NCBI RefSeq assembly: GCF_001194135.2
Contig: NC_068988.1
Span: 52,359,931 to 52,422,901, forward strand
Length of the DNA: 62,971 nucleotides
Origin: Octopus bimaculoides
Taxonomy: Eukaryota
Reading direction: 5' to 3'
Position 1 is the first letter of the stretch. Every line of letters starts with the position of its first letter. The notes under the pieces were generated by a model. That model ran no database searches, had not been told where the DNA came from, and saw only the letters and a program-made list of their open reading frames with translations. The translations under genes were made by a program, and so were the position numbers. Positions 38,801 to 52,187 of this stretch are shown piece by piece.

Positions 38801-41800
38801 TTCCACTAATCCAGTGTCTTGAGTTGGTACTTTTTTTATTGACCCTGAAAGGATGAAAGGTAAAGTTGAATTTGGTGGGATTCGAACTCTGTGCTAAGAG
38901 TCACAAGAAATGCTGCAAGGCATTCTGTCTGACCTGCTATGGAATGGCTTCCTATTTAGGAGAATGTTGTGATCTCGGTCACTTATGTCTTGGAAACCTG
39001 GTAAATAACCTGATGAATTCTAGGGCTCAAGAAGAAACAAAAAAAAAAAAATTCTGTCTGATGCCATAGCAACTTTGCCAATTTGCCTGCCTCTGTGTGT
39101 GTAGATGTTTACATTTTTTGCTTTCTGTAAAATTGGTGACGTTTGACATTTTCTCTGTCAATAGATCAAGGCTGTTTGTTTCCAGACTTCCATGAAAACC
39201 ATGTCTGGCCATGGGGAAATATTTCCTTGCTTGGAAACAGGTGAGGGTTGGTGACAGGAAAGGCATCCAGTTGTAGAAAATCTACCTCAGCAAATTCTGT
39301 TTGATCCATGCAAGCATGGGAAAGTGGACTCTTTTGATGATGATATACTCATTCTAGTTTTCTTTCAGGATACTCATTCCAATGTTTTTTCTTCAGCATA
39401 TTTCAGTGACACCTGAAACCATTCTGATGTTACTTGACCTCAAATACTCACTCGCTCTCTCTCCCCTAGCNNNNNNNNNNNNNNNNNNNNNNNNNNNNNN
39501 NNNNNNNNNNNNNNNNNNNNNNNNNNNNNNNNNNNNNNNNNNNNNNNNNNNNNNNNNNNNNNNNNNNNNNNNNNNNNNNNNNNNNNNNNNNNNNNNNNNN
39601 NNNNNNNNNNNNNNNNNNNNNNNNNNNNNNNNNNNNNNNNNNNNNNNNNNNNNNNNNNNNNNNNNNNNNNNNNNNNNNNNNNNNNNNNNNNNNNNNNNNN
39701 NNNNNNNNNNNNNNNNNNNNNNNNNNNNNNNNNNNNNNNNNNNNNNNNNNNNNNNNNNNNNNNNNNNNNNNNNNNNNNNNNNNNNNNNNNNNNNNNNNNN
39801 NNNNNNNNNNNNNNNNNNNNNNNNNNNNNNNNNNNNNNNNNNNNNNNNNNNNNNNNNNNNNNNNNNNNNNNNNNNNNNNNNNNNNNNNNNNNNNNNNNNN
39901 NNNNNNNNNNNNNNNNNNNNNNNNNNNNNNNNNNNNNNNNNNNNNNNNNNNNNNNNNNNTTATTTTTCCTGAAGATGTGTAAAAGAATTTTGATTTATTA
40001 AGTCTCTTAATGAATTCTTTATACTGAAATATATATTGAAGAAGATAAATATGTTCATTTAAATATATACGTTTTTGCGTCGTAACTCCTTTATTATTAT
40101 TATTATTATCACCAAAAGGATCGATTCTTGAAGAGTCTACATACCTTCACTGTCATTTTTTTCTGCTATTTTGGTGATGATTTTTTTGAGTTAGCTTACC
40201 AGTTATTTTTGTTGGTAGTTAATTTATAATATATATTGATATATATATATATATATATATATATCTTTTTATCTTTCACTTGTTTCAATCATTGGACTGT
40301 GGCCAAACTGGGACACTGCCTTGAAGAATTTAGTGTAATAAATTGCCCCCAGTACTATTGGTCTCTTTTGCCAAACTGCTGAATTACATGGATGTAAACA
40401 AACCAACACTAAAGGTCAAAATGTGGCAGTGGAGTGGGTGAGTGAAGAACAAAGATACACACACATGCATACACAGACCATGGGTTTCCACACAGTTCCT
40501 TCCTATTAGATTCACTCAAGGCATTGATCTGCCCAGGACTATTATAGAAAACACTTGTCTTGGGTACCTCATAGTGGGACTGAACCTGAAACTGCATGGC
40601 TGCAAAGCAAGCTTCTGAACCACAGCAGCCATGCCAGCTTACACATTTTTTTTATCTGTAGGTTGAAAAACTATTGTGGATTGACTCTGGTACTTCACAT
40701 TGGCAGTATTTAGACCAAACATTGAGACTCTGAAATACGAATGTGTTTTACAATATTTGTTATTTTAGAAATGTTTTGGATTTTTTAAAACATGACTTTC
40801 ATGACCATATCATTTCTCTAGCTTCTGCTAAATCATTCATTGTTGACTCAGAAATATATTTCTAGTTGGATGCTCCTTCCTAATGCCAATCACTCACCGG
40901 TAAAGTTGTAACTTTGTTTTTTCATGTTGACAGTTTCAAATAAGTAGGGTAATATGTTCTGCATATTTCATGCCGGTCCTCATCTATGGGCATGAATGTT
41001 AGATAATGATCAAAAGCACATAACCATGAATATAAGTGGCCGAAATGGGATTATTCTGAAGGATCTCTGGAGTAATGGTACTTGGTAGTAGTGTATAGCA
41101 CAAAGATCAGAGACTCTCTCCAAGCATTGATGGTTCACAACTCTGGTGCTATGGACATGTGATAAGAATATCACAGGAAAGAATCACAAGATAGATTCTT
41201 CAAGCTGAGCCAAAACTGACAGGAAACTTAGAGGTAGGTCAAGAACTAGATAGTTGGATAACATCCATTGTCTCAGTTAGTTGCACTTGGGAATCTAGCT
41301 GAAAAGTCTGACAGTTGCTTTCTGATAGGACCCTATGGAGTGGGTGCTTGAGGTCTCTACTCCATGAACCTCTCAGTAATAGTGGGCGGAGAAGATGGGT
41401 GGATGGATGGATCCTCTGCACTATATACTAACTGGAACAATGTGGTCTGAGACTCAGCATATCGGTTGCCCTGTTTGTAGACAATAGAGATGTTGTTTAG
41501 CTATAGGTCAGTACTGAAAGAGCAGGCTTGTGATCAAAGCTGCTCTAACCTTGCCTATCCTGTCTTTTTGTATATCAAGGTTTACAATATCCAGTATGTC
41601 TTTCCTCTATTTTTTTTAAGATGGCCTTGTATGACTAAAGAGACATTTGGCTGCTAGTTCTAGCAGCCTGCACTACCATGAAGTGGCTTCTTTGTTGGAT
41701 TGTAAGGATTGGCATTTTGGTTTGGCATGTGATTAGTGGTAGCTGTGGTTTGTAAAAGCAGTAAAGATTTTAAAAGCAGATTGAACTTATTCTAAGAGGC

Positions 41801-42648
41801 GAGCTGACAGAAATGTTAGCACACTAGGCGAAATGCTTAGTGGTATTTCATGTCTTAATGTTATGAGTTCAAATTCTGACAAGGTTGACTTTGTCTTTCA
41901 TCCTTTTGGGGTCGATAAATTAAGCACCAGTTGCATACTGAGATCGATCTAGTCAACTCCCCCCCCCCAAAAAAAAAAAATTTGGTCCTTGTGCCTAGAG
42001 TAGATACGAATGAACTTATCCTAAACAAGCTGACCATTTTAATTCTAGTTGGTTGCTGAGTGGTAAAATATTTTACCACTAAATATACAGAAACTTTTCA
42101 GAAAGATATTTGACAGTGAGGAATTATTATTATTATTATGAAGGATGTTCAACTGCAAAAAAGATATTGTGATATGTAAACTTGAAGTCGTGTCCAAAAT
42201 ATGTTTGTAAGAAAAATTGAATGTGAATCCATGTTAAAAAGCAAAATATACTTTAAAAAAAAAAGGAAATTGTGATGTCAGTGTTTTAATTGTGTAGTTG
42301 TGTGGTTAAGAAGTGTGCTCCTCTAGGTTCAGTCTTGGACGAGTGCCTTCTACTATGACACTGGGCCAACCAAAGCTTTGTGAGTGGATTTTGTAGGTGG
42401 ACACTGAAAGAAGCCCATCCTGTGTGTGTGTGTATATATATGTATGTGTGTGTGTTGGTGGCATGTAAAAAGCACCCAGTACACTCTGCTAAGTGGTTGG
42501 CATTAGGAAGGCCATCCAGCCAGAGAAACCATGCCACAACAGAGAGTTGGGGTCTGGACAGCTCCCTGGTAGCCGGCTTCATGTCAAACCGTCCAGCCCA
42601 TGCCAGCAGGGAAGGCTGACTTTAAACGATGATGATGATATATATATG

Positions 42649-42689
<41 letters not shown>

Positions 42690-45600
42690 GTTTGTGTCTC
42701 CTTGTCTTTATATCATTTATCAGTGGTGAATGAGCATCACTATCACACAAGCAGTGTCATTCATTTGCAACATTTTGTAAAAACATGTCTGACCATGGGG
42801 GGAATATTACTTTGCTTGGAAACGGGTAAGGGCTGATGATAAGAGAGGCATTGAGCTGTAGAATATCTGCTTCAATAAACCCCATCTGATATGCAAGCAT
42901 GGAAAAGTGAACAGTAAAAACGATGACGATTTTAACTCTACAGTGATGTACATACTTTTGTCATATCCTGTATACATTGTAACTCTAAAGTGAACTTCCT
43001 TTCCCTGCCATACCGTCATTCCTTATCTTATCCCTTTCCTCTGCTAAACTTGTTCCAGCCTGGTGACAGGGACATTTAAATCTGTAATGACAATGATATT
43101 TTGGTCCAAGAATTGTATAAATAAATAGCATTTGTTCTGTTGTTTTTATTTCCACAAAACCACTTATAAAAGGACTATATATATATGTATAATAATATTA
43201 GGGACAAAATCCAAAATTACAGGTAAAAACTCAATTAAAATCAATTTATAAAAAATTAAAATTAAATTGAGCTTTATAGATAAAATATATATAAAATATA
43301 TAGTTTTAGGGAAAATAACCAAGTTTCAAGAACTCATCGATGAAAATCCACTATCACATATAGAAAAATTAACAATTAAAAGCACAATAAATGAGTATAA
43401 TATAAAGCAAAGTAAATATCATAAGATAAATATAATTATAATTATATTATATTTATCTTATGATATTTACTTTGCTTTATATTATACTCATTTATTGTGC
43501 TTTTAATTGTTAATTTTTCTATATGTGATAGTGGATTTTCATCGATGAGTTCTTGAAACTTGGTTATTTTCCCTAAAACTATATATTTTATATATATGTA
43601 TATATACATACAGACACACACACGTACATACACCTCTCTTTCTCTTTCTACATACGTACGTACATATGTGTATATGTACACGCACACATATATATGTGTA
43701 TAAAAGACAAAAACCAAAACAAAATACTCAAGCCAATAAAGTGAACAATCCCAAACAAAGCATAAACTACATTACCAGACAGCTGTTATTGAATATAACA
43801 CAGACATAATCAGTTTGTTTGTGAGGCTAAATGACTGAGCACTATAATTTAGCATGGTGTTCGCTGGCTTTTCTCTGCAAGTATTTTATTGAAAATAGTT
43901 TACACTATCAATAATTACAGAGAGAGAGAGAGAAAACAACAACAGCAACAGTGAAATATTTGGTATTTGTTGTTTTATTGACTTCTTTAAATTGTTTGTT
44001 TTCCGTCTTCTTCAAAGTTCTCTGTAATTTCTTTGCTTAACATGTTATGACTAAATGTCAGTTTTAACCTGAGCAGGAGTACGCTGGGACAACGAGCCTG
44101 AACCTTTTTTAAGCTTTTAGTGCTTGTGTGTTTTACAGTTTAACAGTTTCTAGTCTACCTCATAGCTGCTGTACCTCACACAAACTGACACCCCTTTTCA
44201 TTTTAAACACAGCTAGGAGCTGTTTAACTCTTCTCGTACCAACCTGCTTCAGACTGTCTCTGGCTCGAAGACAGAAACTCCTCATTTTAAAGTGATCTAA
44301 ATTAAAAACTTTCATCAAAATTTTACATTAATTTATGTCTCAAATACCAGCTTAATGATGACAGTTATTTTACTAAATTTGTCATTATTTTTAACAGTAA
44401 TAGGAATGAAAGCCGTGTATTTGAGTAGGAATACAGAAATGAAAGGGTTCAAGTCTGATGTATGGAATTGCAGTGACAATCACTGATGGTGTCATGGTTA
44501 TTACTAGTGATGATGTAATCTCGATCACTATGATTGAATAGATCTACAGCATAGATGACTGGGTTGGTTCCACAGAACTAAAACTTTATGTATAATATGA
44601 CTCTACCTGTTGTGGGCCATATTGCACACCCAATATGCAATGTAGGAATCTGGGTTCATTGTATTTCTCTAATGACCAGTCTGTCCATATATGTTTTGGT
44701 GGTGGTCATAGTAGAGGTGTGCACGGTGGACTTGAACAGAAAATTTACCTCAGGTAGCATATGATATCCACCACAAGATTCAGTTCCTGTTGCAGTGTGG
44801 TAGTCTGTTTACCCCAATGACCCTTACAACCAGCATTGCACCCACTCTGGGGCCAACAACCCTACTTAGAAAAATGCAAAGTTACTGAAGCTTCAATGAC
44901 AATTGAAAATCAACAAAACCTGGGAGAACAGAAGACCGCCCTCAATTGAGAACAGTGGCAAAAAAGTTGTTGATTGCCCTATACTCCCTAACGAATGAAT
45001 GGCTTCAATAAATAAGAAGTAATATATCTATCCCCTTTGAGATTTGTGAGAGATTTAACTATTTCTAATAGGATGAGTGACCACATACATGCTTTGTTGT
45101 TTGTGATGTGAATAGTTGAAAGTGTTCTTCAGTCCAACAATTCCTTGAACCTGTTTCCAGTGAATGTTTTTGATTTTGTCAGTTCCTGGGGTTTTCCAAT
45201 ATTTGTATTTTTATTTTTTACTAGTCTGTTAGACGGAAGGAATAGGTCGAGTGAAAGATGTATATCACTTATTTTGTGTTCGTGTTGGGGTGGTGTTTTT
45301 CAGTGACCGATGTTGGAAAATTGTTTGATAAGGGAGTTGCTTATGTGTCGTTATGCTGTTTAAAGTTATTACTGTAACTTGTGATGTGGTATTTTACTGT
45401 TTGTTCTGTGGTGATATTGGAATGTTGGCCAGTTGTCTGGTTTTTCTTTTATTTGTTTTGTTTCCTTGTTTAGTTTCTTCATGTTGAATTTTTTTTTTTT
45501 TGTTGAGTGCCTGCTTTTGTGGGTTGTATTTTGATCGTTTGTACAAGTTGTAGGAGCGTTTATCAGTCATTTCACAAGCTAGAAATAGCAGCTAAATCAT

Positions 45601-46441
45601 CTTCAAGGCATATCGTATTGCATGAAAAATCCTCATGGGTTGGACTGTTTGACTGAGGACTGGCAAGCTAGAAGGCTGCCCCAGGTTCTAATCTGATTTG
45701 GCAAAGTTTCTACAGTCGGATGCCCTTCCTAACGCCAACCACTCTGAGAGTGTAGTGCGTGCTTTTTACGTGCTACCGGTACGAGGGTCAGTCAGGTGGT
45801 ACTGGCATCGACCATGCTTGAATGGTGCTTTTTACATGCCACTGGCATGGGAGCCAGTCAGGCAGCATTGGCAATGACCACATTCGAATGGTGCTTTTTA
45901 TGTGCCACGTAAAGGTTTTATGTAGCCCTTGGTCAAGCTTGCTCAAGCAGATCTATCTGAGGTACATAAGTAGTCTGCTGGATGATCTATAGATCTGTAA
46001 CACTGGATATACCATACCTCTGACTAGTAGTGGGTAATCGTATGAGGTACAGCGTTGAGTTTGGACTTGTACTTTCACTACCATCCAATCTGTTTTTGCA
46101 TCATCATCATTGTCCACTTTTTCATACTTGCAAAGGTCAGATGGAATTTTGTTGAGACAGATTTCCTATGGCTGGATGCCCTTTCTATACTGAATCTTCA
46201 CTTGTTTCCAGGCAGATAATGCTTCCTATGACCAGGCACATTTTTCACAGAAGGTTGGAAACAAACACCTCTAGTATGACATTGATGCTGATTTACAACT
46301 ATCATGTGATGTGATAAGGGCACACACGCACACATAAATATGCATATATGCACAAGCACACATACACGTGCATGCACACACATGCACATGTGCATACACA
46401 CACATACATGTGTGCACACCCCCACATGCATACACATGCAT

Positions 46442-46489
<48 letters not shown>

Positions 46490-49400
46490 ATATGTACAAA
46501 TGATGGTCTTTTTCTTTCTGTCTGCCAAACCTACTCGGGCTCTGGGGCTATAGTAGGAGACATTTGCTCAAGGGGCTACACAGCAGAACTGAACCTGGAA
46601 CAAAGTCTTTGGGAAGCACACTTCCTAACCACACAGCTATCCTTGTACTTATATATGGTTATAGAATTTCACTGTGTCCACAATGGAGGCTGGCAAGTTG
46701 AACTCAGTGTAGATATGACAGCTGTTGCTTTTCACTGTTAATTATTGGTGTTTTTTTACTTTTTTTTATTTCTGAACAGTGTTTGGAGTCAATGATACAA
46801 TTGCTGTTATGTTTTTTTGTTTTGTTTTACTTACTTTAGTCATTAGACTGCATCCGTGCTGGGGGCACTGCCTTAGAGTTTGTACTTGAACATATTGACC
46901 CCTGTACTTATTTTTAAGTACTTCTTCTATCAGTTATTTACTTATTCTATCAGTTTCTTTTGCTGAACTATTAAAGTTATGGGGACATAAACAAACCAAC
47001 ACTGGTTGTCACTCATACACATAAGCACAAACATACTCACCTATTTTTTACTTGTTTCAGTCATTTGATTGCGGCCATGCTGGAGCACCGTCTTGAACGG
47101 TTTTTTAGTCAAACAAATCAACTCCAAGACTTATTTCTTAAGCCTAGTTCTTATTCTATCGGTTTCTTTTACTTCTGCTAAGTTATGAGGATGTAAACAC
47201 ACCAACACCGGTTGTCAAGCAATGATAGGGGGGACAAACACAGACGTAGTCACATGCACATAGATACACACACACACACGCACATATATATACTGCAGGC
47301 TTCTTTAAAATTCCGTCTACCAAATCCACTTACAAGGCTTTGGTTAGCCCAAAGCTGTAATTGAAGACACTTGCCCAAGGTGCCATGCTGTGGGACTGAG
47401 CCTGGAACCTGCAAGCTTCTTACCACACATCTGCGTCTGTGTGTACACACGTACACACACACAAATGCATGTAAAGCTTCCATACAATTTCCACCTACCA
47501 AATTCATTTACAAGGCTTTGGTTGGTTCACTGAGTGTGAAAGATAATGTTTTTAAGAAGCTCTCCTGAAGCATTGTATATGTATTTTTTATTCAGAAATG
47601 ATTCTGCATTTAATGGTAGGACTGTGAGTGCAGGAGTTTGTTGTGGCCAGAATCTGTACATCTCACAGTGTTCAGATAGTCTTTCAGTTTTGTTTCATTG
47701 TGCAAGTAGTCTTTGGGTGTGGTCTGTATGAATCTTGTGAAGTACTCTGGTTTGTATCTTTTATAGAATAGGATTTGTTGATGAGGGATTAAGAGCAGAG
47801 ACAGGACTAGCATAATCCATGATGGATCTGAAAAGTTAAAGCTTTTTAATGCAGTGAGGAAGATGAAAGAAGAATAAGGAGAAATAGTTGTTATATAATT
47901 CAACAATTCTTTTCGTTTGTTCTTTCAAAAAGTGATTACTGAATGTAATTCAATAGATTTACATAGCAAAAGATTGAATGTTATTTTTTAAAATGTGTGT
48001 GTAGAGAGAGAGATGAGAGAGAGAGAGAGAGATAGATAAATGACTGTATTTTATGAAGTCATGTATCTGTAGTCACTTAGGGAAGATTATAATGATGGCA
48101 GCATAGGAATGTTTTGTTTGAGTTGAAGATGAGAGAAAAAGAATTTGAGATCTTATTTAATGCAGTTTGTGTGACAGTATGTTCGAAGACAGCCATCTTC
48201 TGTTAGAAAGAAAGTAGTCGAGATGGCTTCTTTAAGGCTGTCTTTTTAAGTGATGTATTAGAAGATGCACATTTCTATAAAAGTGAAAAATACTTCAGAG
48301 TTGAGAGATTGTCTTATATAATGTGTGCCACACTAACATTGTGTCCAGCTGCAACTAAAATGAACTCTAATCAAATTTGAAATCCAGGGTTTATATTGTT
48401 GTTGTTGTTGGCACTCCATCGCTTACGACGTCGAGGGTTCCAGTTGATCTGATCAATGGAACAGCCTGCTCGTGAAATTAACGTGCAAGTGTTTGAGCAC
48501 TCCACAGACACGTGTACCCTTAACGTAGTTTTCGGGGATATTCAGCGTGACAAAGTGTGACAAGGCTGACCCTTTGAATTACAAGCACAGCAGAAACAGG
48601 AAGAAAGAGTGAGAGAAAGTTGTGGTGAAAGAGTACAGCAGGGTTCGCCACCATCCCCTGCCGGAGCCTCGTGGAGCTTTAGGTGTTTTCGCTCAATAAA
48701 CACTCACAACGCCCGGTCTGGGAATCGAAACCGATCCTATAACCACGAGTCCGCTGCCCTAACCACTGGGCCATTGCGCCTCTCCAGGGTTTATATAACC
48801 TCATATAAAAAAAAAAAATCTTATAGAAAGTTTACTTGGTAATGTTCACTTGGACACCACTTTTGTCCACCTTCAAATGTGATTGTCTGCAATATATGCC
48901 TGTAGGTGGATTGATCTTCTGCACGGATGTTGTGTCACTAGCTATTGGCAAACATTACCAAATTTGGTAACATTTTTGAAACGAAGATTCAGAGAATCTG
49001 AGATTGAATCCAGAAAGCAATCTGTTGTGGATCTGTTGTATTGATTATGCTTGAAAGACATTGTTTTCATGCATTGATCAATTGTATTATTTGTGTATCC
49101 TCTAATTATGGATGTGCACCATGTTTCCATTATATCTTTTATATGTGCTGTGAATGTTGTAGTGGTGTAATTTTTAGTATTTTGCCTTTTTGTGAATCTG
49201 TTATATTTGCTTTTTGAATGTGCTGACTGTGTAATTGAATGTTACTGATAAATCGTGCAGTGAATTTAGTGGGTATTACTCTGTTTTAAAGCTCAGTGCA
49301 TTAAAGCTAAGAGCAGCTGAATTTTGGTGAATAGTGGGCAGTATGGGCGATGTCATCTGCATCTGAGATGTGGCTGAGCTTAAAATGAGAGTGTCTGAGC

Positions 49401-51413
49401 AGAGATACTCAATATTTGGGCTGTGGACCATTTGATACCAAGTCATGCAGAAAGGATAAATTTCTAAATTTTATTTCATTTTACTATCACACAGTGCAGG
49501 ATGTTTCTGCATTATATATGTTTTATATATGTCATACATATCTATGTACATATATATGTAATAATTTATATATCATGTACTTTATTGTTTTGTCATGCAC
49601 ATAACTTGGTCTGTATGAAAAATTGTCTCACATGAAATTGGTCTATAGTAAAAAAAAGAGGTTGGGTCTCAATGGGTCAGTCTGGAATGATTCAAACTCT
49701 AAGTGTTGTATACTACATAGGCTTGGCAGCTTAAGAGGTAGTTAACCAATGTTTTATACTTTCTTGGGGTGCTGAGTATTTTGTGTTGAAGTGGGTAACA
49801 CCAATAAGGGAAATTTTATGTTACTATATGACCATCTAAGTCAGTCATGGGCAAATTTCAGCTCAAAGGACTTTTCTGAGTGGCACACCAATAAAAGATT
49901 ACTTGGAATGTTTTTAGTAGTGCAGCCTGTCTGATGATGAGCAATGTGTTGTCGCCTGTTTCTTGAAAAATGTTGTCCTCACCTGTGCTAGATAATCCTT
50001 TCTATTAAAAGCACAGGGTCTGAAATTTTAGGGGAAGGAGCTGGTTGATTGCATTGGTCCCTGGGATCTAGTTCAAAACGGGGGCACCAGTATTTTCTTA
50101 ACGAAACACTAACGAAACACTTTGAAACTTGGGACACTGGTAGAATGTGTCATATAAAACATCTTTTACTCTTAGTCTTCTTAACAAAAAAACGTACACC
50201 GCAAGTTATTCCATGTTGTCGTATTTCTGTAATTTCAACCAATCACTGACATCTAGTCAGCTGAATAGAGTTACTGCTGGCCGGTCATAAAAATGTTATT
50301 CCCTGTGACATATTTCATCCGGTTTAATCGTAATTTATACGCATATATTGTTTATATAATAAATTACGCTGTGCGTATCTATGTGTGTAACAATTTTAGA
50401 GTTCGGATTCTAGAGTTAGGGTTAGTTTTAGGGTTAGGGTTAACAGTCTAGTTAGGGTTAGGGGATTAATACGATATACACTGTTACAGCGCTAACTGTT
50501 TTCAACTGAATACTTGTCAGTGATTAGTAGAAATTATCGAAATAAGACAATTTTTTACATGAAATAAAATCGAATACAAAAATTTTTTTCTGTTCTATAA
50601 CACAAAATAGATAAGTATACGAAGTTTGAAAGTCTTTTAGTACCAAAAACACTACATAAAACATAAAGGAAAACTGGTGCCCCCGATTTGAACAAGATCC
50701 GGTCCCTGTACTCAGCTGGTGCATATTTCATTGACCTTGAAAGGACGAAAGGCAAAGTTGACCTTGGAATTTGAACTCCGAATGTAAGGACAAAATACTG
50801 CTGCACATTTTGTCTATTGTGCTACTGACTGTGGCAGCTCATTGCCTTAATACCTGTGCTAGAGAACACAGCCACGTCTCCCTCAAGCTTCACCACACAA
50901 ACTTAAAAATGGATGAATATATGAGATAATGTTGATGGTAGTTGTAATGATACTAGTCATGTTGCTGGTATTGTTTAGCCCTAGGTCAGTCCTAATAGAT
51001 TAAACTGACCTATGATCAAAGGCATTCCAGTCATAACCATCCCATCCATTGCTCAGATATTGATTAGCAATGTCCTTTTATTTTCAAGATAGTTGAGTGT
51101 AACTCATGGAAGATTTGGCTGATATTTTCAGCAGATCAACTGACCACTTAAGGAGTCTTCCTCATTAGCTTGATGGCACTGATGTTGTAGGTGGTGTCGT
51201 GTCATGTGGTGGTGGTGGTGGTGGTGGTGGTGCTTAGTTGGTTTTGGTGGTGCTACGTGGTACTTTGACCAAGTTTCAGGAAGACATTAGGTTCAATTTT
51301 CATTAACCAAACAAGCAAACAAACCCCTGATCACAATCATAAAATATTTTTCATTGAACTTCCTTAGCTGGTTGCCTTCGTACATGCCTGTGTGTGTGCA
51401 TGTGTACTGCATG

Positions 51414-51451
<38 letters not shown>

Positions 51452-52140
51452 ATTGTGTAGGTGTAGGTCAATAATTAAGTGCACTTTCCTGCTACCTGTC
51501 CACTCGTTGACCCTGCTGACTTCTCTCAGAACAAGTTCATATTTCCATACAATCCATATATATATANNNNNNNNNNNNNNNNNNNNNNNNNNNNNNNNNN
51601 NNNNNNNNNNNNNNNNNNNNNNNNNNNNNNNNNNNNNNNNNNNNNNNNNNNNNNNNNNNNNNNNNNNNNNNNNNNNNNNNNNNNNNNNNNNNNNNNNNNN
51701 NNNNNNNNNNNNNNNNNNNNNNNNNNNNNNNNNNNNNNNNNNNNNNNNNNNNNNNNNNNNNNNNNNNNNNNNNNNNNNNNNNNNNNNNNNNNNNNNNNNN
51801 NNNNNNNNNNNNNNNNNNNNNNNNNNNNNNNNNNNNNNNNNNNNNNNNNNNNNNNNNNNNNNNNNNNNNNNNNNNNNNNNNNNNNNNNNNNNNNNNNNNN
51901 NNNNNNNNNNNNNNNNNNNNNNNNNNNNNNNNNNNNNNNNNNNNNNNNNNNNNNNNNNNNNNNNNNNNNNNNNNNNNNNNNNNNNNNNNNNNNNNNNNNN
52001 NNNNNNNNNNNNNNNNNNNNNNNNNNNNNNNNNNNNNNNNNNNNNNNNNNNNNNNNNNNNNNNNNNNNNNNNNNNNNNNNNNNNNNNNNNNNNNNNNNNN
52101 NNNNNNNNNNNNNNNNNNNNNNNNNNNNNNNNNNNNNNNN

Positions 52141-52187
<47 letters not shown>

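Noticed and set aside
39407-39470. Candidate for the missing LRR exon (VTPETILMLLDLKYS..)
   Set aside because: No LRR motif, runs into simple repeat and a gap, and no donor is visible.
43267-43717. Two ORFs encoding the same peptide (duplicated gene pair)
   Set aside because: A consequence of the DNA palindrome; extremely AT-rich with no recognisable domain.
48700-48782. tRNA genes
   Set aside because: A/B boxes belong to SINE heads; there is no complete cloverleaf and they continue into SINE bodies.
50414-50463. True telomere or chromosome fusion site
   Set aside because: Only a few degenerate TTAGGG units, internal to a TIR element, with no head-to-head arrangement.
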